A program made the translations under genes and the position numbers. DNA of 55,818 nucleotides, the filler included, from Sphacelaria rigidula (taxonomy: Eukaryota): NCBI GenBank assembly GCA_964200075.2. It is 3 parts of 3 records of this genome, joined end to end, with 100 filler letters (N's around TTAATTAATTAA, not from the genome) between each part and the next. Parts side by side here need not be neighbours in the genome. Positions count along the whole stretch, not along the records: positions 18,643 to 37,183 come from CAXNAA020000842.1; 2 more parts are not named here. One strand, written 5' to 3'. Shown here piece after piece: positions 24,001-34,528 of this stretch; position 1 is the first letter of the stretch, and each line of letters starts with the position of its first letter. The notes beneath the pieces were generated by a model. That model searched no databases. It was not told where the DNA came from and was given only the letters and a program-made list of their open reading frames with translations.

Positions 24001-25063
24001 AGAGGAAGAACCATCGGTCGACACGGCGGATCTGGAGCAAATGCACGACGGAATTACATCTCTGGATTCCAACAAGGACAACGGCGAAGATCACGATATC
24101 AACAACCGACAGGAACAGCGCCTCAAGGAACCACTGGCTTCTACAGACGTGCTGCATCAAGTGCGCCAGGAACTTCAGTAATCATTCAAGATGACTGATC
24201 TTGGTCATGCGACTCCGATTCTCGGCATCGACATTCATCAAGACCTGGAGAACCGCACAAAAAGCATCCAGGAGAAATACACCATGTCTGTGCTCAAGCG
24301 TTGTGGCATGGATACGTGCAATCTCTCGCACACTCCAGGGACAGGAGCCGAGCTCAACAACGTAACTGGTGAACCTGCACTCCTTTCCGCAAGCGAGAAA
24401 AAGGGCTACCAGAGCCTGGTGGGAAGCCTCATCTTCCTGGTGAATTGCGCAAGATTCGACATCGCGCATGCCGTCATGCAGGTAGCACGGCACATGTCAA
24501 GTCCGACCACTGCGAGGGCAGCTAGCGCCGAAAGGATTCTTCGGTACCTCAAGCGCAACCCAGGTCTCGTCATTATCTACAGGCGCGCCAGCGACTTCAG
24601 CATTACCTGCTACAGCCACGCCTCCTAAGCATCTGGACCATCAAGCGAATCTATCACCGGATCAATGGTTTTTCTGAGTGGATGGCTCATTGACTTCGAC
24701 AGTCAAGTTCAGCGTATAACCGCGCAATCGACATCGGAGGCGGAGCTCATCGCGATGAACAGCACCGCCAAGCACGGGCTCTACTTCTCTTCTATGCTGG
24801 GGGAGCTAGGATGGTCACGGCAACGCACCTTCACCCTGTATGCTGAAAACCGGAGCTCCCTGACCCTAGCTTCGGAGGCGAATTTCAGCCAGAGGTCGCG
24901 GCACATCGCCGTCCGCTTCGCCGCACTCCGCGAATGGATCCGTCAAGGCATCATCAAGCTAAACTTCATTCCAGGCCGCCACATATTGGCCGACCTTTGC
25001 ATCAAGTACTGCGCCCGCGAGGTACAAGACAGCCTCATGCGGCAAATCCTCCAGTTCAAGTGA
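21084..25063 (+). pseudogene. Copia gag-pol polyprotein pseudogene
   Basis: ATG 21084 is in frame with ORFs 21201 and 21669, interrupted by stops. Motifs: zinc knuckle CNYCKKPGHDINNC; protease VDTGASNH (D at 22584); GAG-pre-integrase WHQRLGH...CGTC; rve with a frameshift near 23455, then PHTPQQNGISER; RT C-terminal part FKMTDLG...YQSLVGSLIFL; RNase H QSTSEAE...SQRSRHIAVRF. The RT N-terminus and YVDD motif are absent. Confidence 0.93.
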
Positions 25064-25647
25064 CGACGCCAAAACTCAAGGATCGGGCTCCTCACCATCG
25101 CCATGGGATAGTCCGGGCGGGATCTTCTGTACATCTCGTCATCGATATGCTCTCCCGCAACGAGCTGTAGGGGGAGGGATAATATTCCGCCAAGAGCGAC
25201 TCTACGCGTCGTCCGCAGCGAGAAACATCTTCTTCTGCCAGAAGCAGAGCAGCAGACAGCAGTATGTCGCTGCAACTCGTTTTTTTTGTGTTTCTTGCGC
25301 ATATTCGTATAGCACCCACGGGCAAATCTTCGAGATTGATCGTAAAAGCAGTAGCATATAGCATATGCTCCGAAGTAGCAACCTCAGAAGATTTGTGCAT
25401 ACTTTCTGCATTTCCTGAGTAGCTTGAACATCTACGCTAGAATTGTTGACGTCTTGTAGACAGCATTCTTGCGATTTTTTCATTTGCTGCATCTACCGTA
25501 CATGCTATAGAAGGAAGCGTGAGAGATCTTTGTTCGATCTCTGTTGGTCGCAAGTGGGAGAAAAATCTTTTGCGTAAGCGTTTTTTGCATCAAGATATTC
25601 CTCATTTGTATAACTTTCCTTTGAGATGACTTTCCATTGAGGGGGAG

Positions 25648-26209
25648 TGTTGGAATATTCAATGTCAGTCATTGGTGACGACTACTACACGGGTGGCCAC
25701 TGGGGTGCCTGTAACCTCAAATTTGGACGTTATAGACCTTGTGCAACGTCTGTAACGTCCAAATTCGAGGTTATAGGCACCCCAGTGGCCACCCGTGTAT
25801 CTATCGTAGGTTACCGTCAACAAGTAAGAAATCATGTGAGTGTTCCAGAAATAGTCTGCGGTATATCCTGCGGTACATCATGTTTCCACAACAAGTTGTC
25901 GGGGGATTGATCGGGAGTTATCGGTTGTAATATCCCGCGAGTGTTCTAGACGTGTGGAAGTCCTGGAAAATCATTAGCTGATCGGTAGGCTCGCACACTT
26001 GGTGCTCGCCCACCTGATCACTCCTCTACTACTTCTCTTCTCATACTCTTCTCTTCCATGAGATAGAGTCTTCGGCCACATAAACGCCAAGTATAACATC
26101 TCTATTCTCAAGTCGAGTGCCTACACCGTCACTCTCTGCACCTCTACATAAACTGCAGAAGATAGTTGCCACATCGGCACGCCACCAAAAGTGAAGCCGA
26201 ATTCCTCCA
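25648..26209 (+). repeat. 3' LTR (562 bp including the inserted MITE)
   Basis: Follows the PPT, ends in cctcca and is followed by the TSD ACCAC. Confidence 0.95.
25688..25797. mobile_element. 110-bp MITE inserted in the 3' LTR, TA TSD
   Basis: TA-CACGGGTGGCCACTGGGG...CCCCAGTGGCCACCCGTG-TA. The empty site ctacTAtctatc is visible in the 5' LTR. Confidence 0.96.
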
Positions 26210-26229
26210 ACCACTTCCAACCGCGGTAC

Positions 26230-27005
26230 TTGCGACGCCTCTACAGACAGTATATGCAGTATCTCTATCAAGAGTGAGTGCAATCAACAGAACACGCCGA
26301 GACAGCAATGAGCAGGCAAACGCCAAGTGCTTTGTGGGCGAAGAATGCGGCGAAAATAATACCGTTTCAAACGCAGCATAATTGAGAGCAGACATGCACC
26401 ACTCCACAGCAACAGCCTCTGGCTCTAGCTCTGGACACATGCGCTGTATCACATACACGGAACGGCTCTTGACAGACTGTGAAGCACCTGTCTCGTCAGT
26501 GTTCCATCTGTGGTCGGTTGCTGGCTTCTCCTTGTCCACGTAGTCCTCACAAGCCGCATAAAACTCCGGCACGCGATCTTCTTCGTCGGCCGCACCACCC
26601 TGTCGGCCTTGTAGGGGCGTTTGCTGCGCTCACCTAGCCGCGGGTGCCTCCTCCGAAGGAACAAGTCGAGCCATTTTCGATCTGAGCCTACTGTCGGGTC
26701 CTGTGGCATCGGTCGGTTGTCGCTGCAGAGTGCCATAACCGCCTGTTTCAGGCCATCTCTATTCAGGCCCCTTGACAAGCTGCGGCAAATTTCAGCACAT
26801 GTTCGAAGGAATTTTCTTCCTACCTCGACAGTACAGTACCCGGACCAACCCTGCCAGCTATGCCCACGCCACCACTGACACGCTTCTGCAGCGAACCAAC
26901 GGAGATGTCAAAGGTCTTGGTAGCAGCATGGAAGGTCATGCGACCATTGCGTACCGCTTCTACTGCCTCTGCTGCACGTTCTGGGTCCACCTGTACTCTC
27001 TGCAT
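26230..27005 (-). pseudogene. pogo/Fot1 (Tc1/mariner superfamily) transposase remnant, N-terminal part
   Basis: Frameshifted pieces: psq-type HTH (AAEAVEAVRNGRMTFHAATKTFDISVGSLQKRVSG), CENP-B/Tc5 HTH (RGLNRDGLKQAV...RKWLDLFLRRRHPRL) and the first catalytic motif WNTDETG (about 26486-26506). Confidence 0.8.
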
Positions 27006-27819
27006 GCTTAGCAGCCGATCAACCAAAAAGCTGATTTGAAGAAAGACACACACGCGCTTATTTGCAGTGCTGTGGGATGATGTTTTATTATGCAAAAGGC
27101 ACGTGCAGTAGCTCAAAAGAAGCGTTGTGCTCTTGTGCACACGCAGCAAAACTTAGAATGGGAAACGATCGATATTTCGCTGAGCTATGGACGAGTTTAG
27201 AAAAAACGGTCCTTAATTGGTACTGTTCCGTAACAGGGGTGTTTATTATAGTATAGAACCGAATTGAAGTGAACAACTATACGTTCTGAGCATAACACTT
27301 TGCACCTGAAACGGTTAATATGTGCAAAAACGCGGATCTTCCTTAGGAGCAACTCTCTGTGACCCTGCCAGCGTTGCATGAGCTGGCAAAAACTTTGTCC
27401 TCGTTTCTTGAATACCTGGCGGGGGGGCGGGGAAGCCACCCTCCCCGTAGCTGTCGAGAGTCCTTTACATTGTGTGGGATGGAAAAATTCAAACTGTTTA
27501 ATTTTTACAACCCTCGTGCATTCGGTGTTGTTCCGAGGTGATTGTCCAGACGCCGCGACAGTCAGTACGGACAGTACAGCAACGAAAGCTAGGTTTGACC
27601 GGGTTTGTCTAGCGTCCTGCCGCAAGGTTGCTTAAAAGCCACAGAATCTTTGCGGTTTGCGGTTGATGGCATGGGTCGTAAATGTAACTACAAGTGGCTG
27701 ATCATCGATCGCCCTTGCTCGTCGTAAAACAGGTATCGCCCCAGCTTGTAATGAATGACCTCCTCACTCGGGGGCTGTCGAAAGCTACCGCGACACACGC
27801 TGTGGGTGGGTGGGTGCTC

Positions 27820-28690
27820 CAGATTGCAGCATAGAGGCACCCCCATACGACACGCCAGCAACAGTTAGGTCACCACCATAGGTAGTTTGTTTTTCACTCC
27901 GCATGGCAAGAATATCTTCACCAATGTTTGGTCTCTCATACACCCCCCCCCCAACTGGCGGGCGTGTGGCACGCTCTTGTCGTTGCGCACGCACAGGTAC
28001 GAGTAAACATGTCGGGTAAAATCAACGACGGACAACATCCCCCGAGTGGCGGTTGGATCTGTTATTGCCGCAGCACCGTCCTCGCTGGCATGTGTGTGGC
28101 AGAGAACAGTCGCGGTGACGGGAACATTGCCCTGTTCTTCAACGACGTGTTCTGCAGCGCACAGAGGCGCGTCCTCTTTGAAAAAGAGGCAGAGAGGAAT
28201 CGATCTTTGCATTGGTAAGCTCCACAGGCAAGAACAGACGACACCTCGGCACCTCGATCTTCTTCGGAGGGCTGTGCAGCATTAACCTCCCTACCGGCAC
28301 ATGGAAAATTGGGTACATGCTGGTAACATGCATCGTGCCAATCTCTCGAGTGATTGGTACTCGCCGAGCGAGGACACACAAAGGACACGGGCGAGGAGCT
28401 TCCTCTTTGCCGTTACTCCTCCGGTGGTATCGCCATCGACACGCGTTTACACCGCATTCGGTCGGTGTACTTAGCCACAACTGCTCCACTGCTGCAGATT
28501 TGGGGGGAGGGGGGAGGGGTGTACTGATATGTTGCTCGCCTCAGTTGTTTGAGCATTGAGATTTGGGGGGGGGGGGACGTTTTTCCTTGGTGCAACTGTT
28601 TCGCGCCATTCCTGCAAAAAGTATATGCCGCTTGAACCCCATTTTAGTGTTCAGCCCCAAAGATTTGAATCGGCTGTTAAGTATCGGTTG
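27820..28690. repeat. dispersed repeat of about 0.8 kb, copy B
   Basis: Colinear with 18820-19590, same orientation. Confidence 0.85.
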
Positions 28691-29043
28691 AGACTCAAAG
28701 GCCACGGCCCGGTAGTCGACCTCACCTATCAAGCCGATGAAACACCACAATTAAAACATCTCATCGATGGATACCGTCATGACAATGGGTTAGCCCAGTG
28801 CTCACGTCCGGACTCGCAGTCAAAAGACACCGGGGAACGAAAACGGAAGGTACTCTTCAACAGACTGTTCGAGCGTCCCAGCAAAACGCTCAGGGGTTGA
28901 GCCGTAACCTGGGCTGAAAATTCGGAGATCAGCGAGAATTACACAAAACAGACATGAGAACAATGCAGACATGAACATAATAACGTCTGACATGTTAGCA
29001 GTGACGGGGGTACAACTTTCCAAGGAAGATAGCTCCTCAGCAA

Positions 29044-29405
29044 TGTGTGTGTGTGTTGTCGTCCCATGTATTCTGGACGCCGGTCTACACCTTTCGGTAT
29101 ATGTGGGCGCATCAGCCGGGATCACGCAGGAGGGAGGTCAACACAGGAGCCTGTTATTTTTTGTTTTTGTTCTTAGTACCCCACCTTCCTCCTGCGGTGC
29201 TCGCCTTTATTTTTTATCGCGAGAGGGGTTCAGCAGTCCCTTTCCCTCGTCGACCGTTAAATCGAATATTATGTACTCACGGCATAGTCGCTCTCCACTG
29301 TTGGTCATGACGTGAGAAAACATCCCAGATCGCTCCGAGGATTGAACCCACGACCCAACCGTCAGAGGGTTTGGAGGTTATCAGCTGAGCCACCGGGGCG
29401 ACCGG
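29044..29405 (-). mobile_element. tRNA-derived SINE, copy 2
   Basis: The reverse complement reads ccggtcgccccggtggctcag...ctgacggttgggtcgtGGGTTCAATCC...cgcccacatataccgaaagg...gcgtccagaa...(AC)n, matching 9951-10303. Confidence 0.75.
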
Positions 29406-29429
29406 GAGATAATGCGGGTAGTCGCACAA

Positions 29430-30280
29430 AAGAAGCAAGCAAATGTAATTCCGACGATGTTTCGCCACAAGAACACAATGTTCACCGGACGAGAAACATG
29501 ATACCCCACCTCTTTGTTACTAACGCGGGGACTTTGTCGTACTCTGGTGTCAGCGGAACCGAAGACATCCCAGAACCCGGGCATAAATAGCCCAGGCACC
29601 TGTAGACCGATCAGTGTCCCAGTGCCCAGTCATATATACCAGCGGATGCAAGCAGCACCAAAGTGCAAAAAATGAATCTAATTGAAATATGTCACACGTG
29701 ACACAGTCACATGACAACACAAACTGACAAGAAGCAAGGATCATTTCGACGATGTTTCGCCAATAGAGCACATTGTTCACCGGACAAGACACATAATACC
29801 CACTGCTTGGTTACTCACGCGGGAACTTGGTTCTACACTGGTGTCAGCGGAACCGAAGGCATCCCAGAACCCGGGCACCAATAACTCAGGCGCCCGTGGA
29901 CCGCATAGAGTCCCAGTGCCCAGCCATGTACACCAGCGGATGCAAGCAGCACCAAAGTACAAATGTATCTAATGGAATTATGTCACACATGACACAATTA
30001 CATGACACACAATGGCGAGAAGCAAGGGTCGTCATGTCGACGATGTTTCGCCGAAAGAGCACAATGCTAATAGGATAAAAAAGATCGTACCCACCGCTTT
30101 TTTACTAACGCGAGGACTTGGTCCTACTCTGGTGTCAGCGGAACCGAAGGCATCCCAGAACCCGGGCATAAATAACTCAGGCGCCCGTAGACCGAACAGC
30201 GTCCCAGTGCCCAGTCATGTATACCAGCAGAGGCAACCAGAACCAATATTCAAATGCATCTAATGGAAATAGGTCACTAT
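29430..30280. repeat. tandem array, unit about 293 bp, about 3 copies
   Basis: cgacgatgtttcgcc occurs at 29452, 29747 and 30038. ggtgtcagcggaaccgaag.catcccagaacccgggca and gtcccagtgcccag are present in each unit. Confidence 0.92.
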
Positions 30281-31652
30281 AACAATGACAAGATAAAAAA
30301 ATACCAAAATTAGGAGGTTTTCAAATGCATGCCCTGCCATTAACCACGGGTAGCAAACATTTACTGGAGGTGTTTGATCAATGCCACAGTAGAGGGAAGG
30401 GCTACTTTCGCGATAAGCGGTGGCGTGACGCTCAATCTATGTTCATCATGCGAAGAGACTTCCACGTGTACATCATCAGCGAAGCCGATGATCGCTTTGT
30501 CCCACCAGCCACAGAGCTGATGGGCTTGAGGTGCATAAAGGGGGGGAAATTGTGGAAGGCATCTCTTTGCAGAGACACGTCAGAGAATGATGCAACACAT
30601 ATATGAAGAACCAGCGCATGCAGGTACAAGGTGGGAGCGATCCGAAAGATCCAGATTGCCGGGATCCTGTAATGCCAACGATACTAGACAACTAGGGGTG
30701 ATGCCAGGAAGAGCCCGATATCAGGGCGGTCCATCATCCCCCCGGGTAACGGATCACCCCACCGTGATCACACTCATGATTGGTCCACTTCTTGCCTACA
30801 TATCACAAGAGGAAATCATCGCCAGCCTTGGAGTTCCTTCGGCATCAGGACAGCATCTCCAACGACACTCTTCCCCGTAGGTCTCTGTCTACCCTAGCGA
30901 TACGCCTCCCTCACCCATCGTCCATTGAAGCTACATGGATCTCTCGCGAGACTCATGCGAGATTCTTGCGAAAGTCAGCCAGTAATTATTTCTATCACGA
31001 GAGTCAGAAGTTACTCGCTGACTTTCGCGAGAACATCGAGAAAGACAGAAACGACCTGCTAACTCTCGCGAGAAGGGGTCTGAACGGCTTTTATTCCTTC
31101 GGAATCAATTTCCATTAGCATATGAAGGGGCCTGAACGGCGTTCATATCCATTATGAAATTCTGTTCATACCCATTATGAAATTTCGACTAGGTTATTTA
31201 CGAAGTTTTATTTCAATTCAGCAGAGACAAATCGTAGCTTGCAGCGACCAGTCGCTGTTTGCAGCTACCGAGTGACTATTGACAACGGCAAGGTCGAACG
31301 TTCTAATGGCACCCAGGGCGGGGGCAATAAGGGTCCACCCAAAATGCCTTTTATCGGTCATGTACTATCAACAGCGACAGAAAAGATACAACAGAGAACG
31401 AAAGCTCAGCACACATTGTTTCATTCCAACGCTCAGCGTGCTGTAAACGCGGGCATACGTGGGTAACCACACCAGCATGTAATAAAAGCTCATTGGGGAG
31501 CGGGAAGGTTGCACTGCCCCCGGTAGGTGTTGCAGATGAACACAGCCGAATGCATCGAGTTGATGCACACCGGGCAGGGTAAGCACTCGAAAAGCACGAC
31601 GCCGCATGCGTTTGAAGTTGAAGCGCGCGATTCAGCTGCGTGTGGTCTTTAC

Positions 31653-31857
31653 TGTAATGCGTGAGAGGACCGCGTGCTTCGAAAAAAGCATCGGAATTCG
31701 AACATCCCTCTGCTTAGGCTTAAGGTTGGGGTTAGGGCTAGTATTGGGGTTAGCGTCAGGGGCGTGGTCCCGCAGGAACGGGCCCGATTGGGTCTAAGAA
31801 ACGCCGACCCTGGGATGTTTCGAACTACGATGCGATCCTCTAAGCACACGGACCTCA
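31653..31857. mobile_element. second, 3'-eroded copy of the telomere-repeat MITE
   Basis: tgtaatgcgtgagaggaccgcgtgctt...ggttggggttagggctagtattggggttag...ggggcgtggt...ctaagcacacgg, colinear with 14393-14609. Confidence 0.75.
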
Positions 31858-33088
31858 GGATACGAAGGTAATATCAGGATATATTCGATCGAAAGCATGG
31901 CCCATCACCACGACGAGCAAGCACAACAAAACGCACTCCCGTGGATTGCCCAAAACCCGGCCAGAGGTTGCCACACATCAATGTCCATGTACTCATCGTC
32001 CCACTGTTCAGACAAGCATTCGTGTTGTGCCACTTGAACAAGGACAGACCAGAGGCCAAAGTTGACCGTGGGCGATACTGGGCGCCAAACGCTCAAGGAA
32101 GCAAGATTGACCTTGCCTTGGCCTTTTATATTTTTCGACAAAAGCATGCCCGCGAGCCGGGACAGCCTAAAAGCAGACCTTAGCTGTCACACCAATATCT
32201 AATCGACGCAAACGAATGGGCCGTGAAACGCACATATAGTGAATGATCCACTCAAGGGGAAGATGCTCATTCGCTCAGAAGACCGATCAGATATGCTTTG
32301 TCGTTGATTAATCGGCACGTCGAGTAAATCCCGTGACGGGCGGAGATACCCCGATGCTATACAGAAGTCTACATGAAACTCCTGCACAAGACAATCGCCG
32401 AATGCCGACGGTTTTCGGTGTGCACGTTCTTCTGGGCACCGGGAAGCGATCGAAACCCTCATCTTCACGTAGGTCGTGCTATTGTATATTGGGCAATGAC
32501 CTAGAAAAGGTGTACCTTCTCGTATTTCGTCTAAGAAAGGTACGAAAAATGACCAGAGACGCGAAAACAGCAAAACACACAATCTAGACCGATTTCGCTC
32601 CGAGTTTTTACGCACAGCAATAGGGGGGCTCCTCGGCACCCGGGTCTCGGAAATATGCCAGAAAAAACGCGTAACTCGCGAGATATGGCCATGCGCAGAA
32701 GGACGTCTCGCCTGCATAAACCACTTCCCCTTTCTAGGTCAAATTTCGGCAAAGTATACCTGACTTAGGAATTTCTTCTTAATCGTACCTGATCTTGGCA
32801 ACCAATCGACCCAGGAAGTACATGGGCCATCGCTTTCCACTCAGTACCTGATGCGGTACACTGCGCGCAAGGGAATCCACGCGCCAACTCCAACCATGGC
32901 ACCCACACATACGGCTCTTTTCCAGCCCATTGGCCGTTCACGAACGCCACAATGACCACACCCCTTTCTCCCCAGAATGTTTTCCGAACTGGACTCACAA
33001 CTCACAACGCGTCGGTTTTTTGCGCTCGCGGTGTGTTATGTAACATCCTCTCGTTGCGATCTGGGGCTGGTACCATATTCCGTTTTAA

Positions 33089-33188
33089 CCCTTTGATCGC
33101 GAGGGTAGGCCCTCTCACCATGCAGTCATATTTCGAGTGGAGTTGGTGCTGATTCAACACATGACCTGCTACGCTCAAGGTCAAAGGG
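33089..33188. mobile_element. 100-bp piggyBac-type MITE (TTAA TSD)
   Basis: TTAA-CCCTTTGA...TCAAAGGG-TTAA, with TSDs at 33085-33088 and 33189-33192 and an imperfect TIR of about 20 bp. Confidence 0.85.
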
Positions 33189-33202
33189 TTAACCCAATAG
33201 TG

Positions 33203-33325
33203 TGTTAGTGGCGGGTGTCCATTTGTTTCATTTTCAAGTCAAAACGATGCCAATTCACACGTTTTTGTGAATTGGCATCATTTTGACTTGAAAATGAAAC
33301 TAATGGATATCTGCAACTTAACAAC
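33203..33325. repeat. near-perfect hairpin
   Basis: Arm tttcattttcaagtcaaaacgatgccaattcaca, a short loop, then arm tgtgaattggcatcattttgacttgaaaatgaaa. Confidence 0.9.
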
Positions 33326-33813
33326 ACACGATTGTGGGAGCAAAAGTGGATAAAAGTGCAACAAATATACTAACGCGGGGAGTCCGATCCCAAAAGGTTT
33401 AATGGTTGTGGCGTTAGGGTTAGTAACATGTAGTTGTTGTGGCGTTCGTAAACGGCAAGTGGGGGCAGGAAACGAGCGGCATGTTGTGTGGGTGCCAGGG
33501 TTGGAGTTGGCACGTTAATTTCCTTGCGCGCAGTGTGCCGCATCAGGTACTGGTTGGAGAGCGAAGTCCCAGGACAGGTGCGTTCTGAGCCGACTTGTGG
33601 CCCAGATAAGGTACGATTGAAAATAGATCCTAAATCAGGAATGATTGATTCGATTGATTGATTGTCGCACTTGAACTTTCCCCCCAGGGGTTCAGCCGTG
33701 GTCTCATGATAGATGTGCTCAAGAAAAACGGAGTTCAAACATACTTTGCCGAAATTTGTCCTGAAAAGGGGAAGTGGTGTTTGGAGGCGAGATGTCCTTT
33801 TGCGGGGACCCCT

Positions 33814-34528
33814 ACATATTCTGGAACGGCCCCTTTAGGCCAAATTTTCCTATCACGATGGTATTGCGATAGTATCGCGATAGAGAAATTTGGCTCGGAT
33901 AGCATCGCGACACCGTCGCGATGCCGTCGCGATAGAGAGAAACTGCATTTTTTTATCGCGATACTATCACGATACACCTCATAAATAATTTACTTGCTCA
34001 ATCTGGCGAGAAGGGGTCTGAACGGCTGTTTGAAGGGGCCTGGACGGCTTTAACGCATATTATGAAATGCCGTTCACACCCATGATGAAGTTTCAACTAT
34101 GACTGGGGGTATGGGTCCCCTCCCGCGAGGACCCTGGGGGTACGGACCCCTTCCCGCGACAGTTCTGCCACAGGATCACACAATTTCTTGCAACGACCAC
34201 TGGCGACACTTGGGCGACATTGAACATTTTCACGAGGAAATATGTAGGACAAGACAATTTACCTTGATTTGATTTTCTCTGGTCGTAAACGATGGTATCG
34301 CGATAGCATCGCGAATGAGAGGAATGGCTTTTTTTCTATCGCGATAGTATGGTGACAGAAAAAAAGGCATTCCTCTCTATCGCGATGCTATCGCCATGCC
34401 AATCCTGGCCATTTCTGTCCATCGCGATAGCATCGCGATAGAAAATTTTGTCTTTCTTTCTATCGCGATGCTATCTCGATACCACTTTTAGGGTCAAAAA
34501 GGTCTAGATGGGCAGTTCCAGAATATGT
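33814..34528. mobile_element. TIR element with many ATCGCGAT palindromic subterminal repeats
   Basis: TIRs acatattctggaacggccc / gggcagttccagaatatgt, with repeated (t)atcgcgat(a) in both subterminal regions. It interrupts the right arm of the foldback. Confidence 0.7.

Larger units (their letters stand above)
19966..26209 (+). mobile_element. Ty1/Copia LTR retrotransposon, TSD-bounded, degenerate and RT-deleted
   Basis: 5' LTR 19966-20415 and 3' LTR 25648-26209, both TG...CA. 5-bp TSD ACCAC at 19961-19965 and 26210-26214. PBS gggtatgagcc at 20416 and PPT gagggggag at 25639-25647. Domain order is gag-PR-INT-RT-RH. Confidence 0.96.

Noticed and set aside
29430..30280. Possible CRISPR-like repeat/spacer array
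   Set aside because: The whole ~293-bp units are homologous with no unique spacers, no cas genes are present and the context is eukaryotic.
30325..30880. Possible C-terminal exons of the Rieske gene (GYFRDKRWRDA; FLRHQD)
   Set aside because: They lie beyond an assembly gap, are in the wrong relative order and lack convincing splice sites.
31880..32060. hAT dimerisation-domain-like text on the minus strand (QPLAGFWAIHGSAF / VLARR)
   Set aside because: The similarity is too short and frameshifted to support without a profile search.
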